Shown in pieces: positions 54,356-64,000 of a stretch of DNA of 64,000 nucleotides. The translations under genes and the position numbers were made by a program. The stretch lies in the NCBI RefSeq assembly GCF_009914755.1, contig NC_060947.1; one strand, 5' to 3'. The notes under the pieces were generated by a model. It was not told the origin of the DNA. It worked only from the letters and a program-made list of their open reading frames with translations, and did no database searches. Origin of the DNA: the human T2T-CHM13v2.0 reference genome, Homo sapiens. Positions within the stretch are counted from its first letter, which is position 1. Each line of letters begins with the position of its first letter.

Positions 54356-55995
54356 CATGAGGAAGGGTGAGCAAAATGTGGGCCCAAAAAATCTTTTTCA
54401 CTTTCATTTCTGGGTGTTCTCGTCCTCAGACTTTTTCTCAGTGCAAGAGAAACTGCCCCTCTGCCATTGCACTTAGGGGTCAGGAATGTCAGCCTCAGTC
54501 CAACCCAGTCTTTTCTATGGCATTTTCTTTCTTTTCTTCAGGACTGTAATGGCACCTATCATTTCTTTTACAATACTGGGGGTGTTCTACCTCCACCCCA
54601 ATGGCCAGGGGCACACACTCAGGACGCACGGGTGAGTGGCGGCTCCCTGTCCCTCTTCCCTCCTGGCTGGGGCACACAGCCATGTCTGCCGCATGTGTGT
54701 GCAATGTCCAATGGCCATGCCAGGTTGGAATGAGCCACAGCTGCTGCCTGGGCCCCAAGGCTGCCTCAGGGGCCCAGGACCAGCATGGCCAGCTGGCTAG
54801 TGTTTCCTGCCACACATCCATGGAGCCTTCCCCTCCCCCAGCCTTGGAGTCCAGCTGGGTCCCACAACAATTAAAAGTTTCTCTCCCTGTTAGAGAAGTC
54901 CATTTGCATAAGAATAAGAGGTTATTCCTCCAGGCATCTTCACAGCCCCACACTTAAGCTACATTTTTTTCTTTTCTCCACCCTGTCAGGAGTTAACTTT
55001 TATGTAAGAGGTTTTGTTCTTGAAAGCCATCTTATTAGAACAGGATCCCAATTCACAGGGCACCCTTTTTCCTTCCCTTGTTTGAGAAGGACCCAATTGC
55101 ACAGTTCCACCTTAGCATTCAGCTTATGATAAGGAGGCAGCAGCTGGTCTGGTGAGGGACACCTGGGGCTTGATGAGTCTATGCATTCCCCTGAGGCAGT
55201 TCTTTGGTCACAAACTCAATTCCAAGCTTCAGGTCAAACAGCTAGGAAAGAAAATTGGATCTAAGGGATCCAGAGGCAGACAACAATGGAAGTTAATAGG
55301 TGCAGTGCAGGTGGGCATGATTAATTCCTGCGGATTAAGCCAAGCCTCCCATTTCATGGATAGAGGTTGTGTTAGTATCCATGGAATAAATGAGGTACAG
55401 GGAACTAAAAGGCTACTGACAGCAGTCGGAAAGGGTAAGAGCAGATAATGCCATCCCCTATGCTTCCTATTAGCATGGGTGAAAGCCACATTGGCACCCA
55501 TGGGCAGCACCCTGTTGAGGTTTTCAGGACTGAGGGATATAATGATAGTAAAAGGAAAAAGGATCCGTTTTCTTTCTCTCCCTTATGTACCCCCAGGTAT
55601 TCACTAGGAAGAGAAAGGAACCAGGAACACCTGACTCCCCACTTTCTAGCTGAATGGCCATTCATTTTTCAGTCTGTCCCCCTTTTGAATGCATTCTGAA
55701 TCCCTGGAGTTCCTTTGAAAACAAAAAACAAAAAACCAAAAAACCTTCTTTTCTCCTTTTTCCTCCTCTGTCCTCTCTACACAGATAGGTAATTGTGTCC
55801 CCATACTACAGGATACTCCCCTCAGATGCATCCTCCAAACTGAGAAAAGTTAATTTCCCACACCTTAAACTGGTTGGTTAAGAATTGAGCTTGGGGGAAG
55901 GGAACCCAGAAGCCTGACATGCCAGCAAAAGGGTAAAAGTTTTTTTTTACCAGTCAGACTTTTGGCCTCTCTCTCCCTCTGCAAACTGGTAAAAG

Positions 55996-56448
55996 TGTCA
56001 GGCCTCTGAGCCCAAGCCAAGGCATCGCATCCCCTGTGACTTGCACGTATATGCCCAGATGGCCTGAAGTAACTGAAGAATCACAAAAGAAGTGAATATG
56101 CCTTGCCCCACCTTAACTGATGACATTCCACCACAGAAGAAGTGTAAACGGCCGGTCCTTGCCTTAAGTGATGATATTATCTTGTGAAAGCCCTTTTCCT
56201 GGCTCATCCTGGCTCAAAAAGCACCCCCACTGAGCACCTTGCGACCCCCACTCCTGCCCGCCAGAGAACAACCCCCCTTTGACTGTAATTTTCCTTTACC
56301 TACCCAAATCCTATAAAACGGCCCCACCCCTATCTTCCTTCACTGACTCTCTTTTCGGACTCAGCCCGCCTGCACCCAGGTGAAATAAACAGCCATGTTG
56401 CTCACACAAAGCCTGTTTGGTGGTCTCTTCACATGGACGCACATGAAA
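55996..56448 (+). promoter_or_regulatory. HERV-H 5' LTR (LTR7, LTR7up-like); TATA 56312-56318, AATAAA 56384-56389
   Basis: Starts tgtcaggcctctgagcccaagc and contains the duplicated cacaaaagaagtg block. About 20 differences from the 3' LTR by hand count. Confidence 0.93.
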
Positions 56449-56450
56449 TT

Positions 56451-56468
56451 TGGTGCCGTGACTTGGAT
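56451..56468 (+). promoter_or_regulatory. Primer-binding site, tRNA-His
   Basis: tggtgccgtgacttggat matches TGGTGCCGTGACTCGGAT at 17/18. Confidence 0.92.
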
Positions 56469-56591
56469 CTGGGGACCTCCCTTGGGAGATCAATCCCCCG
56501 TCCTCCTGCTCTTTGCTCCGTGAGAAAGATCCAACTATGACCTCAGGTCCTCAGACCGACCAGCCCAAGAAACATCTCACCAATTTCAAAT

Positions 56592-56600
56592 CCGGTAAGC
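56592..56600 (+). promoter_or_regulatory. HERV-H major splice donor
   Basis: CCG|GTAAGC about 150 bp downstream of the 5' LTR. Confidence 0.7.
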
Positions 56601-57056
56601 GACCTCTTTTTACTCTCTTCTCCAACCTCCCTCACTATCCCTCTACCTCTTTCTCCTTTCAATCTTGGCGCCACACTTCAATCTCTCCCTTCTCTTAATT
56701 TCAATTCCTTTCATTTTCCGGTAGAGACAAAGGAGACACGTTTTATCCGTGGACCCAAAACTCTGGCGCCGGTCACGAACTGGGAAGGCAGCCTTCCCTT
56801 GGTGTTTAATCATTGCAGGGACACCTCTCTGATTTGAAACGTGGGTGAATAAGGTGTCAGACCATGCAGGGACGCCTGCCTTGGTCCTTCACCCTTAGCC
56901 GCAAGTCCCGCTTTTCTGGGGAAGGGGCAAGTACCTCAACCCTTTCTCTCATTGTCTCCTACCCCTTCTCTGCTTTTCTGGGAGAGGGGCAAGTACCCCT
57001 CAACCCCTTCTCCTTCACCCTTAGCAGCAAGTCCCGCTTTTCTACTGGGCAAGAAC

Positions 57057-57194
57057 CCCCAATCCCTTATTTCCATGCCCCAACCTCTTATCTCTGCACC
57101 CCAATCCCTTATTTCCACACCCCGACCTCTTATCTCTGTGCCCCAATCCCTTATTTCCACACCCCGACCTCTTATCTCTGTGCCCCAACCCCTT
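57057..57194 (+). repeat. 42-bp tandem repeat (about 3.3 copies) in the HERV-H leader
   Basis: Unit ccccaatcccttatttccacaccccgacctcttatctctgtg, which gives 14-aa repeats in the overlapping ORFs. Confidence 0.9.
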
Positions 57195-57280
57195 TTCCCA
57201 CTTTTCTGGAAGGTAAGAACCCCCGAACCCCTTCCCTCCGTTTCTCTACTCTCTCTTTTCTCTGGGCTTGCTTCCTTCAC

Positions 57281-58486
57281 TATGGGCAACCTTCCACCCT
57301 CCATTCCTCCTTCTACTCCCTTGGCCTGTGTTCTCAAGAACTTAAAACCTCTTCAACTCACACCTGACCTAAAACCTAAATGCCTTATTTTCTTCTGCAA
57401 TGCTGCTTGACCCCAATACAAACTCGACAGTAGTTCCAAATAGCCAGAAAATGGCACTTTGAATTTTTCCATCCTGCAAAATCTAAATTCTTGTCATAAA
57501 ATAGGCAAACCGTCTGAGATGCCTGACGTCCAGGCATTCTTTTACACAGCAGTCCCTTCCTAGTCTCTGTGCCCAGTGCAACTCATCCCAAATCTTCCTT
57601 CTTTCCCTCCCGCCTGTCCCCTCAGTACCAACCCCAAGCGTCGCTGAGTCTTTCTAATCTTCCTTTTCTACAGACCCATCTGACCTCTCCCTTCCTCCCC
57701 AGGCTGCTCCTCACCAGGCCGAGCTAGGTCCCAATTCTTCCTCAGCCTCTGCTCCTCCACCCTATAATCTTTTTATCACCTCCCCTCCTCACACCTGGTC
57801 CGGCTTACAGTTTCGTTCCGTGACTAGCCCTCCCCCACCTGCCCAGCAATTTACTCTTAAAAAGGTGGCTGGAGCCAAAGGCATAGTCAAGGTTAATGCT
57901 CCTTTTTCTTTATCCCAAATCAGATAGCGTTTAGGCTCTTTTTCATCAAATATAAAAACCCAGCCCAGTTCACGGCTCGTTCGGCAGCAACCCTGAGACA
58001 CTTTACAGCCCTAGACCCTAAAAGGTCGAAAGGCCGTCTTATTCTCAATATACATTTTATTACCCAATCCGCTCCCGACATTAAATAAAACTCCAAAAAT
58101 TAAATTCCGGCCCTCAAACCCCACAACAGGATTTAATTAACCTCACCTTCAAAGTGTACAATAATAGAAAAAAGTTGCAATTCCTTGCCTCCACTGTGAG
58201 ACAAACCCCAGCCACATCTCCAGCACACAAGAACTTCCAAACGCCTGAACCGCAGTGGCCAGGCATTCCTCCAGAACCTCCTCCCCGAGGAGCTTGCTAT
58301 AAGTGCCAGAAATGTGGCCACCAGGCCAAGGAATGCCTGCAGCCCAGGATTCCTCCTAAGCCACATCCCATGTGTGCGGGACCCCACTGGAAATCGGACT
58401 GTCCAACTCACCTGGCAGCCACTCCCAGAGCCCCTGGAACTCTGGCCCAAGGCTCTCTGACTGCTTCCCAGATCTTCTTGGCTTAG
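57281..58486 (+). pseudogene. gag: HERV-H gag remnant
   Basis: MGNLPPSIPPSTPLACVLKNL start and NC zinc knuckles CYKCQKCGHQAKEC / CAGPHWKSDC, broken by stops and frameshifts. Confidence 0.85.
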
Positions 58487-58539
58487 CGGCTGAAGACTGA
58501 CGCTGCCCAATCGCCTCAGAAGCCCCCTAGACCATCACG

Positions 58540-58840
58540 GACGCCGAGCTTCAGGTAACTCTCACAATGGAGGGTAAGTCCGTCCCCTTCTTAATTAATA
58601 CGGAGTCTACCCATTCCACATTACCTTCTTTTCAAGGGCCTGTTTCCCTTGCCTCCATAACTGTTGTGGGTATTGACGGCCAGGCTTCTAAACCTCTTAA
58701 AACTCCCCAACTCTGGTGCCAACTTAGACAACACTCTTTTATGCACTCTTTTTTAGTTATCTCCACCTGCCCAGTTCCCTTATTAGGCCGACATATTTTA
58801 ACCAAATTATCTGCTTCCCTGACTGTTCCTGGATTATAGC
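58540..58840 (+). pseudogene. pro: HERV-H protease remnant with inactive catalytic motif
   Basis: FLINTESTHS replaces LLDTGA. VVGIDG flap and PVPLLGR motif are present. Confidence 0.85.
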
Positions 58841-60730
58841 CGCATCTCATTGATGCCCTTCTTCCCAATCCAAAGCCTCCTTTGCGTCCTCCTCTTGTAT
58901 TCCCCCATCTTAACCCACAAGTATAAGATACCTCTACTCCCTCCTTGGCGACCGATCATGCACCCCTTACCATCTCATTAAAACCTAATCACCCTTAGCC
59001 CACTCAACGCCAATATCCCATCTGGCAGCATGCTTTAAAAAGATTAAAGCCTGTTATCACTCGCCTGCTACAGCATGGCCTTTTAAAGCCTATCAACTCT
59101 CCTTACAATTCCCCCATTTTACCTGTCCTAAAACCAGACAAGCCTTACAAGTTAGTTCAGGATCTGCGCCTTATCAACCAAATTGTTCTGCCTATCCACC
59201 CCGTGCTGCCAAACCCATATACTCTCCTATCCTCACTACCTGCCTCTACAACCCATTATTCTGTTCTAGATCTCAAACATGCTTTCTTTACTATTCCTTT
59301 GCACGCTTAATCCCAGCCTCTCTTCACTTTCACTTGGACTGACCCTGACACCCATCAAGCTCAGCAAATTACCTAGGCTGTACTGCCGCAAAGCTTCACA
59401 GACAGCCCCCATTACTTCAATGAAGCCCAAATTTCTTCCTCATCTGTTACCTATCTCGGCATAATTCTCATAAAAACACACGTGCTCTCCCTGCCAGTCA
59501 TGTCCGACTGATCTCTCAAACCCAAGCACCTTCTAGAAAACAACAACTCCTTTCCTTCCTAGGCATGGTTAGCACGGTCAGAATTCTTACACAAGAGCCA
59601 GGACCACACCCTGTAGCCTTTCTGTCCAAACAACTTGACCTTACTGTTTTAGCCTAGCCCTCATGTCTGTGTGCAGCAGCTGCCGCTGCTTTAATACTTT
59701 TAGAGGCCCTCAAAATCACAAACTATGCTCAACTCACTCTCCACAGTTCTCATAACTTCCAAAATCTATTTTCTTCCTCATACCTGATGCATATACTTTC
59801 TGCTTCCTGGCTCCTTCAGCTATACTCACTCTTTGTTGAGTCTCCCACAGTTACCATTGTTCCTGGCCCAGACTTCAATCCGGCCTCCCACATTATTCCT
59901 GATACCACACCTGACCCCCATGACTCTATCTCTCTGATCCACCTGACATTCACCCCATTTCCCCATTTTTCCTTCCTTCCTGTTGCTCACCCTGATCACA
60001 CTTGATTTATTGATGGCAGTTCCAACAGGCCTAATCGCCACACACCAGCAAAGGCAGGCTATGCTATAGTACAAGCCACTAGCCTGCCTCTTAGAACCTC
60101 TCATTTCCTTTCCATCATGGAAGTCTATCCTCAAGGAAATAACTTCTCAGTGTTCCATCTGCTATTCTACTACTCCTCAGGGATTATTCAGGCCCCCTCC
60201 CTTCCCTACACATCAAGCTCGAGGATTTGCCCCACCCAGGACTGGCAAATTAGCTTTGCTCAACATGCCCTGAGTCAGATAACTAAAATACCTCTTAGTC
60301 TAGGTAGATACTTTCACTGGATAGGTAGAGGCCTTTCCTACAGGGTCTGAGAAGGCCACCGCAGTCATTTCTTCCGTTCTGTCAGACATAATTCCTCAGT
60401 TTAGCCTTCCCACCTCAATACAGTCTGATAACGGACGAGCCTTTATTAGTCAAATCAGCCAAGCAGTTTTTCAGGCTCTTAGTATTCAGTGCAACCTTTA
60501 TATCCCTTACGGTCCTCCGTCTTCAAGAAAAGTAGAATGGACTAAAGGTCTTTTAAAAACACACCTCACCAAGCTCAGCCACCAACTTAAAAAGGACTGG
60601 ACAATACTTTTACCACTTTCCCTTCTCAGAATTCAGGCCTGTCCTTGGAATGCTACAGGGTACAGCCCATTTAAGTTCCTGTATTGACGCTCCTTTTTAT
60701 TAGGCCCCAGTCTCATTCCAGACACCAGAC
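58841..60730 (+). pseudogene. pol: HERV-H pol remnant (RT with deletions, RNase H, integrase)
   Basis: SPYNSPILPV, VQDLRLINQ and YSVLDLKHAFFTIPL motifs, with no YxDD seen. Integrase SIQSDNGRAF. Multiple stops. Confidence 0.85.
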
Positions 60731-61326
60731 CAACGTAGACTGTGCCCCAAAAAACTTGTCATCACTACTATCTTCTGTCTAGTCATACTCCTATTCACCG
60801 TTCTCGACTACTCATACGTGCCCTGCTCTTGTTTACACTGCCGGTTTACACTGTTTCTCCAAGCCATCACAGCTGATATCTCCTCGTGCTATCCCCAAAC
60901 TGCCACTCTTAACTCTTGAAGTAAATAAATAATCTTTGCTGGCAGGACTATGCTGAATCTCCTTAGGCACTCTCTAATCAGATATTCTGAGTCGTCCCAA
61001 TTCTTAGACCTTTTATACCTGTTTTTCTCCTTCTGTTATTCCATTTAGTTTCTCAATTCATCCAAAACCGTATCTAGGCCATCACCAATCATTCTATACG
61101 ACAAATGTTTCTTCTAACATCCCCACAATATCACCCCTTACCACAAGACCTCCCTTCAGCTTAATCTCTCCCACTCTAGGTTCCCACACCGCCCCTAATC
61201 CCGCTTGAAGCAGGCCTGAGAAACATCGCCCATTCTCTCTCCATACCAAGCCCCAAAAGTTTTCACCGCCCCAACACTTCAACACTATTTTGTTTTATTT
61301 TTCTTATTAATATAAGAAGGCAGGAA

Positions 61327-61778
61327 TGTCAGGCCTCTGAGCCCAAGCCAAGCCATCGCATCCCCTGTGACTTGCACGTATACGCCCAGATGGCCTGAAG
61401 TAACTGAAGAATCACAGAAGAAGTGAGTATGCCTTGCCCCACCTTAACTGATGATGTTCCACCACAAAAGAAGTGTAAATGGCCGGTCCTTGCCTTAAGT
61501 GATGACATTACCTTGTGAAAGTCCTTTTCCTGGCTCATCCTGGCTCAAAAATCACCCCCACTGAGCACCTTGCGACCCCACTCCTGCCCGCCAGAGAACA
61601 ACCCCCCTTTGACTGTAATTTTCCTTTACCTACCCAAATCCTATAAAATGGCCCCACCCCTATCTCCCTTCACTGGCTCTCTTTTCGGACTCAGCCCGCC
61701 TGCACCCAGGTGAAATAAACAGCCATGCTGCTCACACAAAGCCTGTTTGGTGGTCTCTTCACACGGACGCCCATGAAG
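61327..61778 (+). promoter_or_regulatory. HERV-H 3' LTR (LTR7, LTR7up-like)
   Basis: Direct repeat of the 5' LTR, preceded by the PPT. Confidence 0.93.
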
Positions 61779-64000
61779 AAAAGGAATGACAAGGACCACT
61801 GTTTATATTCTCTGTAAAGTTTTGGTTAATGAAAAAGGATTTATGAAGTTGTTCTTAAGCTGTAACCAATCTGGTGTGCTTTGTGTGTCTTTCAGTATGG
61901 TTCTGTTAGAAAAAAAGGGGTACCTTAGGATATCATGTGGGCCAAGGACCCCATAAGCCCACTGTTTAAGTCAGCCCTGCAATCTGGTCAGTAACAAACT
62001 TTGCTGCAGGCCTCCATCTTATTTTATGTCTTTAGGAGCATGACCTGTAACCATATGACAGTATTTTGTTTTAGTCTCTGCCATTTTACAATGGTGGCCC
62101 AGGTTCAATCCTGGCTTGGGGAATGAGTGCTTTCAGGTTGATATCTGCGTGACTTATGCCATTTGCTAATTCTCTTCCCCTCTCATGAACAAGTTCTAGC
62201 TTCCTTTCTTAAATCATCCTTTCCCTGAGCCATAAAGGTTCTAGATTTTGTAAAAAAACTGCTTACTATGTCTTGAAAATATCTTGTATGCTCACAGTTA
62301 AGACATAACTTTAATTGAGACTTGTTGGTTTCACCTGTGAGGTTACTTTTGATAAAATTCAAAATCCAGAAATATTGGCTGTTTGGCATGGCTAAAGTCA
62401 GGTAATAAGAGATTTAAAAGGACTTTCTTAAAGAATGCTCAGCTTAATTAAAAATGGATATCCAAGTTATAGGCATATTTAAAAGGCCTTTATGTTTTTT
62501 CTTCTTGGATCTTATTTTGCTGGAAATAGGTTTTAATTAGTTGACTGAATTACTTTTCTCCATCTTGTCTTGCCATTCTTAATGCACGCTTGAGAGTCCC
62601 TAAGATAATTTCTGATTGCCTGGGACTCCTTGGGAAAAACAAAAAAGGTGCCACAGATTCCATTTTGGGAGCAACCTCTGTTTTCCTTATGGAACCCCAG
62701 GAATTAGATGCAGATAGATCCCTCTCAAAATCTAGTTTTGTCTTCTACCTATACCTGTTTATTAGTCCCTAGAAACTGCTTGTTTTCCTAGCCCTGCTTT
62801 TAAAAGGCCCCACTTGAGACTAGTAATCCAATTGAGAGATTGGCAAATGAAAAATCTTATAACTACTGGATTTTCTGTTTGTCTGTGTAGTTATATATGT
62901 TGTATGTGATGTATATAAAAAATAGCTATATTTAATTGGCTTAAAGAAAAATAAGCTCTTAGATCAAAGTTTTTGAAGGAAAAGTAAAAGCTGTACTGCT
63001 TTTTAGTTCACATGACTAATCTTTGAGAAATAAAAACAGTCTTAAAGATTATAGGAAAATACAAATGTCATTAAAATGTAAATAGGTGATCTAAATTGTG
63101 CAAGTCAGATACTAGGTTTGCTAAATGTTTTAAGGTTGCAAACTGCTTTTTTGGCCTTTGAGAGCTGTTTGACTGGCCACCATGCCCTTAACTATGCTGG
63201 AAGGAATCAAACTTCATCAGCACTTAATGCATAATTAAAACAACTTACCAGGTTTTACACTAAAATTAAAATTTGCCGTTTAATGGTAAAGAATTATCAT
63301 TATAACATGTAATTGAGACCACTTAAAATGGATTTACATGCAAGGTGTGTAAGAATGGTAAAATGTGTTTTTAGTGAAAGATTATAAGAAAGCATGAAAA
63401 TGGAAATATTTGCCTAGAGCTAAAGGATTGTTTTAAATTAGATAAAATAAAGCTAAAGGTTTAAACAAGTTATGGGATGTTTTAAAAAATTAACCTTGCA
63501 AAATAAATTCAAATGGATATTATATGGTTTTTCTGTAAATTGAGCATTGAAGTAAAAACACAACAAGGTTTCCTTAAGGCACTAATCTGCTCTTTAGCAA
63601 AATGTGTAAAGCGTTATAAAAGTTTTATAAGAATCTCACCTCATGGTTAAACTGGTTAAGATCGGATAGAATTGTCTATAAGGTTTCATTAGAAAAGCTG
63701 GGATTGACATAAACGGTAAACTAATGTAAGTGTTATATTTGGCTTTCTCTCCCTTGTACAAGATTTTCATATAACAGTAAAGGATAATGAATGATTTTCA
63801 TTTGCCTTGTGGATAGACTGTCAAGGAGAAGAAAGAGAAGACAGGAGACAAACTGTTTGGAATGCGAAGTCTTCCCTCTTAAAGAGTTAAGTTTTTTGCT
63901 ATTTAAACATTTTTTGAGTCATCATTTTGGCAAAATAATAACTTAGGGTAATCTGAAATTCTGTTTCATAATATCAAGTGCTTCAAAACTCTAACATTAA

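Larger units (their letters stand above)
55996..61778 (+). mobile_element. Full HERV-H provirus (common deleted, about 5.8-kb form)
   Basis: LTRs at 55996-56448 and 61327-61778. TSD aaaag at 55991-55995 and 61779-61783. PBS-His, PPT aagaaggcaggaa at 61314-61326, and gag/pro/pol/env remnants. Confidence 0.97.
53875..64000 (+). mobile_element. Second MER61-type ERV1 (5' LTR 53875-54334 plus internal region), interrupted by HERV-H and continuing past the window
   Basis: TG...CA LTR whose 3' half resembles the 23954 LTR. Internal blocks 55090-55995 and 62780-64000 are homologous to 29300-30160 and to 24940-25800/27460-27560. Confidence 0.85.

Noticed and set aside
54495-54957. 152-aa and 118-aa ORFs
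   Set aside because: They lie in a GC-rich ERV leader that has few stop codons, and show no domain features.
56864-57410. Three long overlapping ORFs
   Set aside because: They are explained by the C-rich HERV-H leader, the 42-bp repeats and the gag start.
58567-60730. Functional HERV-H protease or reverse transcriptase
   Set aside because: The catalytic DTG is altered to NTE, no YxDD is seen, and there are many stops.

Overview
This is AT-rich primate (very probably human) non-genic DNA, mostly nested transposable elements. I see no intact protein-coding gene, tRNA, rRNA or CRISPR array, and almost all supplied ORFs are repeat debris. The main structures are: (1) a complete 5.8-kb HERV-H provirus (55996-61778) with two LTR7up-type LTRs, PBS-His and a 5-bp TSD, inserted into a MER61-type ERV1 that runs off the window; (2) a complete MER61-type provirus (23954-30787) inserted in an old L1MA and itself hit by an L1PA fragment; (3) a HERV-L/MLT2A fragment, a full THE1 element, and several MaLR LTRs, Alus, L1/L2/MIR fragments and hAT elements. 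I cannot support a new biological system. The best leads are reciprocal mutation of the ACAAAAGA SOX motif in the two HERV-H LTRs, a 20-bp micro-inversion in the HERV-H leader, several tail-less or TSD-less insertions, a degenerate p53 site in the MER61 LTR, and a weak minus-strand terminal-exon candidate at about 16.3-17.0 kb. Subfamily names come from recalled consensus sequences, not from a database search.
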